Positions 30,683 through 39,927 of a stretch of DNA of 64,000 nucleotides are shown here, piece by piece. The notes below the pieces were generated by a model. That model did not search any database, was not told the DNA's origin, and saw only the letters and a list, made by a program, of their open reading frames with translations. Numbering within the stretch: the stretch's first letter is position 1; each line of letters opens with the position of its first letter. This stretch comes from Gaiellaceae bacterium. GTDB lineage: Bacteria > Actinomycetota > Thermoleophilia > Gaiellales > Gaiellaceae. The translations under genes were made by a program, and so were the position numbers. The stretch is from assembly GCA_035652835.1 (NCBI GenBank), contig DASRDA010000003.1, forward strand, positions 32,076-96,075. Reading direction: 5' to 3'.

Positions 30683-30821
30683 GTCACCGCCAACGCTACT
30701 CCGGCTGGTAGGTGATCGCGACCACCGCCGCGGTCGCGAACGCCGGCCGCAGCGCGCGGGACGAGCGGACGCACGCCGGATCCGTCGAGCGTAGGAGGCA
30801 AATGCACTAGCGTCATCGTCC

Positions 30822-31634
30822 GTGCAGAACGGCCCGGTGTCGCTCACCGTCGTCGGCTCGATCAACCTCGACCTCGTCGCGCGCGTGCCGCGGCTGCCGC
30901 GCGCCGGCGAGACGCTCGCCGCCGCCGGGCTCGATCGCGTGCCGGGCGGCAAGGGCGCGAACCAGGCGCTCGCCGCCGCGCGGCTGGGGGCCGAGGTGCA
31001 ACTGGTCGGGGCGGTCGGGGACGACGCGTTCGCCGACGAGGCGCTCGCCCTGCTTCGCGAGGCGGGAGTCGCGCTCGAGCTGCGGCGCGGCGCGCAGACC
31101 GGGCTTGCCCTGATCCTCGTCGACGAGGCAGGCGAGACCCAGATCACCGTGGCGGCGGGCGCGAACGCGGAGCTCGCTCCGCGCGAGGTGGAGGGCCCGG
31201 TGCTGTGCCAGCTCGAGGTGCCCGACGAGACCGTGCGCACGGCCGCGCGGAGGGCGTCGTTCTTCGCGCTCAACGCCGCGCCGGCGCGGCCGGTCGACCT
31301 CGAGCCCGACCTCCTGATCGTCAACCGGCTCGAGCACGAGGTCGTGTCCCGCGGCCGGCTCGTCGCCGTCACGTCGGGCGCCGACGGAGCCGTCCTGCTC
31401 GAGGGCGGACGCGAGATCGCGCGCGCCCGGCCGCCGGACGTCGAGGCGGTCGACGGCACGGGGGCGGGCGACGCGTTCGCCGCCTGCCTCACCGTGTCGC
31501 TGCTCGAGGGCCGGCCCCGCGCGGCTGCGCTCGAGCGTGCCTGCGCCGCGGGCGCGCTCGCCGCCTCCCGCTTCGGCGCGCAGCCGTCGCTGCCGACCGC
31601 CGCGGAGGTCGACGCGCTCCTCTCGCGTCGGTGA
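30822..31634 (+). CDS. rbsK: ribokinase / PfkB-family carbohydrate kinase
   Basis: VVGSINLDLV, GGKGANQALAAARLG, and a C-terminal DGTGAGDAF anion-hole motif. The start is uncertain (GTG 30822). Confidence 0.8.
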   Translation: MQNGPVSLTVVGSINLDLVARVPRLPRAGETLAAAGLDRVPGGKGANQALAAARLGAEVQLVGAVGDDAFADEALALLREAGVALELRRGAQTGLALILVDEAGETQITVAAGANAELAPREVEGPVLCQLEVPDETVRTAARRASFFALNAAPARPVDLEPDLLIVNRLEHEVVSRGRLVAVTSGADGAVLLEGGREIARARPPDVEAVDGTGAGDAFAACLTVSLLEGRPRAAALERACAAGALAASRFGAQPSLPTAAEVDALLSRR

Positions 31635-31644
31635 CCGATATGTA

Positions 31645-31678
31645 ACGGTGCCTGGCACCGTTAGGTGCCAGGCACCGT
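31645..31678 (+). terminator. strong hairpin after the ribokinase gene (15-bp stem, GTTA loop)
   Basis: ACGGTGCCTGGCACC-GTTA-GGTGCCAGGCACCGT begins 11 nt after the stop at 31634. No U-tail. Confidence 0.55.
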
Positions 31679-31702
31679 CACGGGATCGAGACGTGAGACC
31701 CG

Positions 31703-32125
31703 ATGGGCGGCGGTGGTATGAATCGCGCCGTGGCCGGGCCGGCGCTCGACGCGCTCAGCAGGGTTCCGCTCTTCGCGGATCTCGGCGAGGACGAGCTGCA
31801 GGAGATCGCCGGCTCGATGCACGTGCGCGAGTTCGCCGCGGGCGAGGTCGTAACGGCCGAGGGCGCGGGCGCCGACGCGTTCTTCGTGGTCGACGCGGGC
31901 GAAGGTGAGGTGAGCGTGCAGGGCGAGCCGCGCGCCACCGTCGGCCCCGGCGACTACTTCGGCGAGATCGCGCTCATGATGGGCGCGGAGCGCACCGCGA
32001 CCGTCACCGCTGCCACCGACCTCCGCTGCTTCGCGTTGACGCCGGAGGACTTCCGCACCGTCGTCGAGGGCAACCCGGCGATCGCGTGGAAGCTGCTCGG
32101 CTCGACGATGGACAAGCTCTCCTAG
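31703..32125 (+). CDS. cyclic nucleotide-binding domain protein (stand-alone cNMP domain)
   Basis: VPLFADLGEDELQEIA ... GDYFGEIALMMGAERTATV matches the cNMP-binding beta-barrel and phosphate-binding cassette. No DNA-binding domain is present. Confidence 0.8.
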   Translation: MGGGGMNRAVAGPALDALSRVPLFADLGEDELQEIAGSMHVREFAAGEVVTAEGAGADAFFVVDAGEGEVSVQGEPRATVGPGDYFGEIALMMGAERTATVTAATDLRCFALTPEDFRTVVEGNPAIAWKLLGSTMDKLS

Positions 32126-32243
32126 CGCGCCGTCGGCGGAAGAACGGGCGCGCGGCGGCCGTCTGGCGGACGAGGCCGTTGAACAGTGCCGGAACGGGAG
32201 GTACGTTCGGAGTCGTGCGCGGGCAGGGCGGGGAGAGGGCGGC

Positions 32244-35200
32244 GTGACGCTGGAGGGCCAGATGCTGGAAACGCCCTCGTCTGCCGTGCGCGACTCCGCC
32301 GAGCTTCCCGAGTACGACTGGGACGAGATCCGCCGGCACGATCGGCCGGGCGACTACTGGCTCGTCTTCGGCGGCGACGTCTACGACGTCAGCGAGTGGA
32401 TCCACCACCATCCGGGCGGGGCGCGGGTCTTCCTGTCGAACCTCGGGCGCGACGCGACCGAGGCGCACGCCTCCGTCGGCCACTCGGAGGAGGCCATGGC
32501 CGCCGCCGAGTCGTTCCGGATCGGCCGCCTCCGGCAGGCGCCGGCCGAGGTGACGGTCGAGCCGGCCGGCGGCGGCGGCCCGCTCGAGATTCCGTACGCG
32601 GTGCGCTGGCTCGTCCCGAAGGGCGAGCGGTTCGCGAACTTCGACGTCCTGAACGACAACGACACGCAGCTCGAGTACTACCGCCGCTTCGGCCACATCT
32701 ACGCGGTCGGCATCCCGACGAAGAAATGGCGCATCGTGGTCGTCTCCGACCCCCAGCTCCTCGACGAGGTCGCGGCGAACGAGGAGCAGTTCGGCAAGCG
32801 CGTCGAGGAGATCAACTTCTTCGCGCAGCTCGCGAACTCGCGCGGCGGCGGCATCTCGGTGATCGGCGACGGCGCGCACTACGAGCGCGTGCGCCGCGTG
32901 ATGCTGCCCTGGTACGCGCCCTCACATCAGCGGACGCAGCTCGAGCGCATGAAGGAGCAGGCGCGGAAGCTCGTCGCCGCGTGGGCGCGGCTGCCCGACG
33001 ACCAGCCGCTCGACGCGCGGGCGTGGATCGAGCGCTACACCCTCGAGGTCTCCGGCCGCGGCGCGTGCAACTACGACTTCGGCCTCCTCGACGACGGAGA
33101 GCCGCACCCGTTCGCGAGCGCCGTGCCCGAGAGCACGAAGGAGAGCATCCTCCGCGTCGCCGAGCCGCGCCCCGACTCGCCGCTCCTGCTCGGCCGTGCG
33201 CGCCGCGCGCGCAGGAGGCGGTACCGCCGCCACAACCGTGAGCTCTTCGAGACGGCCGACGCGCTCGTCCGCGGGCGCGCGCACACCTGCCCGCTCGGGC
33301 AGCAGACCGACCTGCTCACGCGGCTGCTCACCGTCCCGGATCCCGAGACCGGCGAGCGCCTCGACCTCGAGACCGTGCGCGACCAGATCCTCATGCACCT
33401 CTCGAACGGCTTCAACGGGCCGTCGATCACCGGCGCCTGGCTCGCGTACGTGCTCGCGACGCGGCCGGACATCGAGGAGAAGCTGATCGCGGAGATCGAC
33501 GCCATCGCGGGCGGCGACCCCGAGTACGACCTGCAATACGAGGACCTGATGGCGATGCCGTACGCGACGCAGGTGATCAAGGAAACGCTGCGCATCTACC
33601 CGCCGATGCCGATCACCGTGCGGCGCAGCCTCAAGGACGGCATGCTCGGCCGCTACCGCATCCGCAAGGGCGACATCGTCTTCGTCGGCACGCTCGCCGC
33701 GCAACGCGACCCTCGCTACTGGGAGAACCCGGACGAGTTCGACCCCGAGCAGTTCGCGATGGACAAGGTCGTCGCGCGGCCGCGCCACGCGTTCATCCCG
33801 TTCTCGATCGGCAAGCGGCAGTGCATGGCGCAGGAGGTCACGTTCATGATGCTGCGGGTCCTCCTGTTCGAGCTCTACAACCGCTACCGGCTGCGGCTCG
33901 CGCCGGGGGCGACGGTGGTGAAGAACACGGTCGTGACGACCAAGCCGGCGTCGGTGCCCGTCGTGCGCCTCCTCCGCGAGGGCAGGGAGGAGCGGCGGCG
34001 GTCGCTCGCGCGGCGCCGGCAGACGGCGGACGAACGGCCCGTCGCGGCCGCCGCGCCGGACGCGGCGCGCGACTGGGACCGCCCGTCCGAGATCCCGGCC
34101 GGGAGCCCGTACCGGCATCTCGTGGTCGCCTACGGAAGCAACTTCGGCATGAACAAGGGCCTCGCCGAGCGCTTCGCCGGACGCAGCCGCCGCTACGGCC
34201 ACACGAGCGAGGTCGTCACGCTGGACGAGCTCGCGGCGCAGCCGCCGCGCACCGAGCCGTGGCTGCTCGTCGTGATGACGGCGACCTACACGTCGAACCC
34301 GCCCGGCAACGCCGTCGCCTTCCGCACGCTGCTCCAGGAAGCCCGTCCGGGCGACGCGCCGTGGCGCGACTGCCGCTACCTGGTCTGGGGCCTCGGCAAC
34401 AGCCAGTGGAACGCATTCCTCGCCTTCCCGCGCTACGTGCACGAGCGGCTGGCCGCGCTCGGCGCGACCCCGGTGGCGGAGTTTGCCTTCGCCGACGTCG
34501 GCTCGCCCGTGTGGGAGGAGGCGCACGCGGAGTGGAACGACCGCGTCTGGCCCGCGCTGCTCGAGCTCTCCGGCGCGCGGGCGACCGAGGCCGCGGCCGC
34601 GCGCGTGGCCGCGGAACGAGCGGCCGCGGGCAGGCTGACGGGCGCCGACTCGAACACCGCGATGGCGCGGTCGCTCGCCGCCGACGTCGCGCCGCGCGTC
34701 CTGCTCGCCCCCACGATCCTCACCAACGCCGTCGGCCTCCAGACGTTCCAGGCCCGCGCGCTCGTGTGCCGGGAGCTGCAGGCGGAGGAGTCGCCGAAGC
34801 GGACGCGGCACCTCGAGGTCAGCCTGCCGCCGGGCACCACCTACCGCGCCGGCGACCACCTCTGCATCTGCCCGAAGAACGACGAGGAACGCGTCGAGCG
34901 GCTGGCGCGGCACCTCGGCGCGGCGCTCGACGGGCTCTTCATGGTGCCGAAGAGCATGAACGTCCAGGCGGTACCGAAGGGCGTCGTGCTGCAGGTGCGG
35001 AACGTGCTCACGAGCCTGGTCGACATCGCCGGCCCGCCGACGCTGCCGCTGATCGACCTGCTGCTGGCGAAGGCCGCCGACGCCGGCGAGCGCGCGGAGC
35101 TGGAGGCGATCCGCGACGTTCTCCGCGAGCCCGGCGGGCCGGACTCGCCGCTGCGGGCGGCGATCCACGGCGGCGCCTACGACGTGCTGCGCCTGCTCGA

Positions 35201-35936
35201 GGACTTCCCTTCCTGCCGGCTGAACGTCTACGAGCTCCTGCAGGTCGTGCAGCCGCTCCGACCGCGCTACTACTCGACCAGCTCGAGCCCGCGGGTCCAC
35301 GGCGAGGGGGTCGCCCACGTCGCGGTCGGCTACGAGGCGGCGCCGGTGCCGGGCATGCCCGACCGCACGTTCGCCGGCATGAGCGCGAGCTACGTGCACT
35401 CGCTGCGCGAGGGCGACCGCCTCGACGTCTTCCTCGACGGCGCCGACGGCTTCCACCTGCAGGAGGACGTCTCGAAGCCGATGATCTTCGTCTCCGCCGG
35501 GACCGGCTTCGCGCCGATGCGCGCGTTCCTCTGGGTGCGGCTCGCGCTCGCGCGCGCCGGTGTCCCGCTCGGAGAGGCGGCGCTCTTCAACGGGATCCGC
35601 TCGGCGAGCCTCGACTACATCTACCGCGACGAGATCGAGCGCTTCGCTGCGGAGGGCGTGCTCGACCACGTCCACGTCGTCACCTCACGCGAGCCGGCGA
35701 AGCGGCGCGAGCACGTGCAGGACCGCATCCGCGACGACGGCGCGCTGGTCTGGCGGCTGCTCGACGCGGGAGGCTACGTGTACGTCTGCGGCTCGCAGCC
35801 GATGCGGGAGGGCGTGCGCGCCGCGTTCGTGGACATCGTCGCCGAGCGGCGGCCGATGCCGCGCGAGCACGCCGAGGCGTACCTGGACGAGCTCGAGAAC
35901 GTCGAACGCCGCTACCGCCCCGACCTCTGGGGCTGA
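32244..35936 (+). CDS. cytochrome b5-like / cytochrome P450 / NADPH-P450 reductase (FMN+FAD) triple-fusion protein
   Basis: 1230-aa single ORF. b5 HPGG and VGHS contexts. P450 EXXR ETLR, FDPEQF, and Cys loop FSIGKRQCMAQE. CPR motifs LVVAYGSNFG, RYYSTSSSP, GTGFAPMRAF and YVYVCGS. Confidence 0.9.
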   Translation: MTLEGQMLETPSSAVRDSAELPEYDWDEIRRHDRPGDYWLVFGGDVYDVSEWIHHHPGGARVFLSNLGRDATEAHASVGHSEEAMAAAESFRIGRLRQAPAEVTVEPAGGGGPLEIPYAVRWLVPKGERFANFDVLNDNDTQLEYYRRFGHIYAVGIPTKKWRIVVVSDPQLLDEVAANEEQFGKRVEEINFFAQLANSRGGGISVIGDGAHYERVRRVMLPWYAPSHQRTQLERMKEQARKLVAAWARLPDDQPLDARAWIERYTLEVSGRGACNYDFGLLDDGEPHPFASAVPESTKESILRVAEPRPDSPLLLGRARRARRRRYRRHNRELFETADALVRGRAHTCPLGQQTDLLTRLLTVPDPETGERLDLETVRDQILMHLSNGFNGPSITGAWLAYVLATRPDIEEKLIAEIDAIAGGDPEYDLQYEDLMAMPYATQVIKETLRIYPPMPITVRRSLKDGMLGRYRIRKGDIVFVGTLAAQRDPRYWENPDEFDPEQFAMDKVVARPRHAFIPFSIGKRQCMAQEVTFMMLRVLLFELYNRYRLRLAPGATVVKNTVVTTKPASVPVVRLLREGREERRRSLARRRQTADERPVAAAAPDAARDWDRPSEIPAGSPYRHLVVAYGSNFGMNKGLAERFAGRSRRYGHTSEVVTLDELAAQPPRTEPWLLVVMTATYTSNPPGNAVAFRTLLQEARPGDAPWRDCRYLVWGLGNSQWNAFLAFPRYVHERLAALGATPVAEFAFADVGSPVWEEAHAEWNDRVWPALLELSGARATEAAAARVAAERAAAGRLTGADSNTAMARSLAADVAPRVLLAPTILTNAVGLQTFQARALVCRELQAEESPKRTRHLEVSLPPGTTYRAGDHLCICPKNDEERVERLARHLGAALDGLFMVPKSMNVQAVPKGVVLQVRNVLTSLVDIAGPPTLPLIDLLLAKAADAGERAELEAIRDVLREPGGPDSPLRAAIHGGAYDVLRLLEDFPSCRLNVYELLQVVQPLRPRYYSTSSSPRVHGEGVAHVAVGYEAAPVPGMPDRTFAGMSASYVHSLREGDRLDVFLDGADGFHLQEDVSKPMIFVSAGTGFAPMRAFLWVRLALARAGVPLGEAALFNGIRSASLDYIYRDEIERFAAEGVLDHVHVVTSREPAKRREHVQDRIRDDGALVWRLLDAGGYVYVCGSQPMREGVRAAFVDIVAERRPMPREHAEAYLDELENVERRYRPDLWG

Positions 35937-35950
35937 CCGCCGGAGGCCGC

Positions 35951-36121
35951 ATGGACCTGCTCGCACTGATCTTCACCGTCGCCGCGCTGATCATGTTCGT
36001 GTTCGCGGCGAGCGGCCGGGAGCTGCGCCGCTTCAACGAGATCGCGCTCGGCCTCGTCTTCCTGTCCGCGGCGCTGATCTGCCAGTTCACCGCGATCACG
36101 AACACGCACATCGGCGGGTAG
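35951..36121 (+). CDS. small two-TM membrane protein (56 aa)
   Basis: ATG preceded by GGAGG, 15 nt after the P450 stop. GC3 near 100%. Sequence MDLLALIFTVAALIMFVFAASG...LGLVFLSAALICQF. Confidence 0.55.
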   Translation: MDLLALIFTVAALIMFVFAASGRELRRFNEIALGLVFLSAALICQFTAITNTHIGG

Positions 36122-36130
36122 CCGCCGCGG

Positions 36131-37186
36131 TTACTGGGGCGGGCCGCTGCCGAGCGTGAGCGTGACGGCACCGCTCGCGCCCGTCTGGTCGGTGTACGTG
36201 ACCTGGACGGCGGCGCCCGGCTTCTTCGAGAGCACGACCGTGGTGAGGCTCTGCGGCGTCGTGATCGCGCGCCCGTCGACCGCGGTGATCACGTCGCCCG
36301 GCGCGAGCCCCGCCGAGTCGGCCGGCCCGCCGGGGACGACGGCCGCGATCAGCGCGCCGGGCGCCGTCTCGCCGAAGCCGTCCGAGGCCGCCTGCACCTC
36401 GACGCCGAGGAAGGCGGTGCCGCCGACGTGCACCGTCGCCGAGGACTCACCGGCGGCGATCCGGCCCGCCACCGCCAGCGCCTTCCCGATCGGGATCGCG
36501 TACGCGTCGCTGGTGGGCGTCCGGAAGGCGATGCCGAAGCCGGAGCCGGTCGAGGCGGCGGTGTCCATGCCGACGACGCGGCCGGAGGCGTCGAGCAGCG
36601 GGCCGCCGGAGTCGCCGGGCTGGACGTTCGCGTCGGTCTCGATCAGGCCGGTCAGCCGCTCGGCGTGGCCCTCCTCGTCGCCGGCGGTGATCGTCTTGCC
36701 GAGGCCGATGATCTTCCCGGCCGCGGCGGTGAGCGAGCCGGTGCCGTTCGCGTTTCCGAGCGCCTTCACCGGCTGCCCGATCCGGAGCCTCGCCGAGGCC
36801 GCCGTCGAAACGGTCTTCAGGTTCGACGCGCCGCTCAGCTGGAGCAATGCGACGTCGCTGGTCACCGAGTAGCCGAGCACGCGCGCGGCGTAGCTGCGGG
36901 CCGTTCCCGGCACGACCACCCTGATGGTCGTGGCGCCGTTGATCACGTGGTTGTTGGTGAGCACCCGCCCGGACGGCGTCAGCACCATCCCGGTGCCGGC
37001 CGCCTGGCCGCCCTCGTAGCCGAGGTTGGTCTCGATCACGACGACGCCGGTGCCGATGCGGGTCGCGGTGCCGCGCGCGAACGCGAGGCCGGCGGTCAGC
37101 CCGAGCGCGGACAGCCCCGCGGCGACGAGCAGGGCGACACGGATGCGATGGCGGCGGAAGCTGTTCACGTCTCCAGTGGTACCCAC
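36131..37186 (-). CDS. trypsin-like serine protease with PDZ domain (HtrA-like, S1C)
   Basis: N-terminal TM, triad contexts TNNHVI, DVALLQL and GDSGGPL, and a C-terminal PDZ (GLAPGDVITAVDG). Confidence 0.88.
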   Translation of the reverse strand: MGTTGDVNSFRRHRIRVALLVAAGLSALGLTAGLAFARGTATRIGTGVVVIETNLGYEGGQAAGTGMVLTPSGRVLTNNHVINGATTIRVVVPGTARSYAARVLGYSVTSDVALLQLSGASNLKTVSTAASARLRIGQPVKALGNANGTGSLTAAAGKIIGLGKTITAGDEEGHAERLTGLIETDANVQPGDSGGPLLDASGRVVGMDTAASTGSGFGIAFRTPTSDAYAIPIGKALAVAGRIAAGESSATVHVGGTAFLGVEVQAASDGFGETAPGALIAAVVPGGPADSAGLAPGDVITAVDGRAITTPQSLTTVVLSKKPGAAVQVTYTDQTGASGAVTLTLGSGPPQ

Positions 37187-37258
37187 CGTTCTTCAAGGAT
37201 TGCTGTGACCGGACGGGCTCATAGGAAACCCTTAACCGCCACGTACCATCGCGGCTCG

Positions 37259-39859
37259 ATGGAGAGGCTCCTCGAGCGCGAGGCCGAGCTCTCGACGATC
37301 GAGGGCGTCGTCGCGGAGCTCGACGCGGGCCGGGGCCGGCTGGTCCTCGTCGGCGGCGAGGCGGGCATCGGCAAGACGACGCTCGTTCGCGCGCTGCGGG
37401 CGCGCGCCGCCGGCGCGGCTGCGTTCCTCTCGGGCGCGTGCGAGCCGCTGTCGGTGCCCGTGCCGCTCGCGCCCGTGCGCGAGCTGGCCGAGGCGGCAGG
37501 TGATGCCGATATGGCCGGGCTCGCGAGCGAGGACCGGCTGCTGCTGGCGCGGCGCCTCCTCGCGGCGATCGCGAAGCGCGCGCCGGCCGTGGCGGTGATC
37601 GAGGACGCGCACTGGGCGGACCCGGCGACCCTCGACGTCGTGCGGCTCGTGGCGCGCCGCCTCGAGCAGTCGTCGGTCGCGCTCCTCCTCACGTACCGCG
37701 CCGACGAGGTCGACGCAAACGCGGCGCTCCGGCAGCTGCTCGGCGACCTCGCGACCAGCCCGGTCGCGCTTCGGGTCGACCTGCGCCCGCTGTCGGAGCA
37801 CGCGGTCCGGACGCTCGCGGAGCCCGCAGGCCTCGACGCGCGGCTGCTCGCCCGCGCGACCGGCGGCAACCCGTTCCTCGTCGTCGAGGCCGTTGCCGCC
37901 GGGGGACGGTTGCCGGCGACGGTCAAGGACGCCGCGCTCGCGCGTGCCGGCCGGCTGAGCCCCGCGGCGCGCGAGGCGGTGGACGCCGCCGCCGCGATCG
38001 GCCAGCGGGTCGCGCCCGCCCTGCTCGAGGCGGTGGCGCCGGGAAGCGCGGACGCGGTGGAGGAGGCTCTCGCGCGGGGCGTGCTCGTCGCGGACGGCTC
38101 GGTGCTCGGGTTCCGGCACGAGCTGATGCGCGAGGCGATCGAGTCGTCGATCGCGCCGCCGCGCCGGGCGGAGCTGCACGCACGCGTCGTCGCGGCCCTC
38201 GCGGCGCAGCCCGGCGGCGTCGACCACGCCCGGCTCGCGCATCACGCCGAGCTGGCCGGGCTCCTCGACGACGCCGCCCGCCACGCGGCGGCCGCGGCGG
38301 CCGAGGCGGAGCGGGTCGGAGCGCTGAGCGAGACGAGCCTGCAGGCGGAGCGGGCGCTCCGTCTCGGCTCGGGATTCGGCCCGGCCGAGCGCGTCGACCT
38401 GCTGCTGCAGCGCTCGCGGGCGAGCAACTTCGTCAGCCTCCGCATGGAGGACGCGGTCGGGCCGGCCGAAGAGGCGATCGCCCTCGCCGCGCGCATCGGC
38501 GACCCGGTGCGCGAGGGGCGCGGCCACGCGACGCTCGCGTCGGCGCTGTGGTCGCTCGACCGCGTTGCGGAGGCACGCGCCGAGGCCGAACGGGCGGTCG
38601 CCGTGCTCGAGCACGCGGGCGACGCGGCCGAGCTGGCGCGCGCGCAGGCGGCGCGCGTGCGCATGGAGGCGACGGCCTCCGACCCGGCCGTGGCGCTCGA
38701 GCTCGGTCCGGGGGCGCTCGAGCTGGCGACGCAGGCCGGGCTCGAGCAGACGCGGGTCGACGTGCTCGTCAGCATCGGGCTCGCGCGCGGCCACCGCGGC
38801 GATCCCGACGCGCCCGCGGCCCTCGCCGAGGCGGCACGTGCCGCCCGGGCGGCCGGCTTCTCGATCCAGGCCGTCCGCGCCTACGTCAACGTGGTCTTCG
38901 TCGCGGCGAGCCTCCGGCAGCACGCCGTCGTGGACGCCGCCTGGGTCGAGGCGCTCGCGCTGTTCGACGAGTACCAGACGCCGATCCCGCGCAACGCGGT
39001 CGAGTTCTACCGCGCGCGCAGCCTTCTCGACCGCGGCCGCTTCGACGAGGTCGCCTCCCTCGCCGCGCTCCCCGGCCGCGAGTGGGCTGCGGAAGCGCCG
39101 GCCGTGCTCGCGTTCGGCGCTCTCGTCGCCGCGCGGCGCGGAGAGGCGGGCGCCGGCGAGCCGCTCGAGCGCGCGTGGTCCGAGATCGCTCCCGTCCCCG
39201 AAAGCTCGCGGCACGGAGCGATCCGCGTCGCGGTCGTCGAGGGCGCGTGGCTGCGCGGCGACGCGGCCGCCGCGCGGCGCCACCTCCGCGCGGCCCGCGA
39301 CGCGCCCGCCGGCGCGCGGTATGCACGCCCCGCCGCCGACCTGGCCCTGTGGGCCCATCGGCACGGCGTCGAGCTCGAGCCGCCGCCGGCCGCGCCCGAG
39401 CCGCTCCTGCGCGAGCTCGAGGGCGACTGGCGCGGCGCCGTCCGGGGCTGGCGCGACCTGGAGGCGCCCTACGAGGCGGCGCTCGCCGCGCTCCCCGGCG
39501 ACGACCGGGCGGCGCGCGATGCGCTCGCGGCGCTGCAGCGCCTGGGCGCGCACGGCGCCGCGCGGGCGTTCGCGCGAGATCGCGCCGCCGCCGGCGCGCG
39601 GGCCGTGCGGGGACCGCGCCGCTCGACGCGCCTGCACCCGGCCGGCCTCACCCGGCGCGAGCAGGAGGTGCTCGAGCAGCTCGCGACGGGGGCGACGAAC
39701 GCCGCGGTCGCCGCCGCGCTCCACCTCTCGGAGCGCACGGTCGCGCACCACGTGTCGTCGATCCTCGGCAAGCTCGGCGCTCCGAACAGGACGGCCGCGA
39801 TCGAGCGGGCGCGGGCGGACGGGCTGCTGCAAGATGGGCAGCCGTCGCCGCCAACCTAG
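37259..39859 (+). CDS. LuxR-family transcriptional regulator with N-terminal AAA/NTPase domain (LAL/MalT-like)
   Basis: ATG 37259. Walker A GGEAGIGKTT, a long helical-repeat middle region, and a C-terminal LuxR HTH (LTRREQEVLEQLATGATNAAVAAALHLSERTVAHHVSSILGKLG). Confidence 0.85.
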   Translation: MERLLEREAELSTIEGVVAELDAGRGRLVLVGGEAGIGKTTLVRALRARAAGAAAFLSGACEPLSVPVPLAPVRELAEAAGDADMAGLASEDRLLLARRLLAAIAKRAPAVAVIEDAHWADPATLDVVRLVARRLEQSSVALLLTYRADEVDANAALRQLLGDLATSPVALRVDLRPLSEHAVRTLAEPAGLDARLLARATGGNPFLVVEAVAAGGRLPATVKDAALARAGRLSPAAREAVDAAAAIGQRVAPALLEAVAPGSADAVEEALARGVLVADGSVLGFRHELMREAIESSIAPPRRAELHARVVAALAAQPGGVDHARLAHHAELAGLLDDAARHAAAAAAEAERVGALSETSLQAERALRLGSGFGPAERVDLLLQRSRASNFVSLRMEDAVGPAEEAIALAARIGDPVREGRGHATLASALWSLDRVAEARAEAERAVAVLEHAGDAAELARAQAARVRMEATASDPAVALELGPGALELATQAGLEQTRVDVLVSIGLARGHRGDPDAPAALAEAARAARAAGFSIQAVRAYVNVVFVAASLRQHAVVDAAWVEALALFDEYQTPIPRNAVEFYRARSLLDRGRFDEVASLAALPGREWAAEAPAVLAFGALVAARRGEAGAGEPLERAWSEIAPVPESSRHGAIRVAVVEGAWLRGDAAAARRHLRAARDAPAGARYARPAADLALWAHRHGVELEPPPAAPEPLLRELEGDWRGAVRGWRDLEAPYEAALAALPGDDRAARDALAALQRLGAHGAARAFARDRAAAGARAVRGPRRSTRLHPAGLTRREQEVLEQLATGATNAAVAAALHLSERTVAHHVSSILGKLGAPNRTAAIERARADGLLQDGQPSPPT

Positions 39860-39927
39860 GCAGATCGGTCGATGCTCCGCGCGGCGGCGCCTCCTACGCT
39901 CGCCGGAAACGCGAAGGAGGTCTGTCG

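Noticed and set aside
31653-31668. Sigma-54-like promoter TGGCAC-N5-GGTGC upstream of the cNMP-binding gene
   Set aside because: The -12 element is GGTGC or GTGC rather than TTGC. The match arises from the arms of the terminator hairpin. RpoN is generally absent from Actinomycetota, and no enhancer-binding protein is nearby.
32922-35675. 917-aa minus-strand ORF antisense to the P450 fusion, and 33821..36121 (+, 766 aa, off-frame)
   Set aside because: R/G/A/P-biased sequence with no motifs. The frame of 32244..35936 carries complete b5, P450 and CPR signatures. Only the last 56 codons of 33821..36121 (the small membrane protein) were kept.
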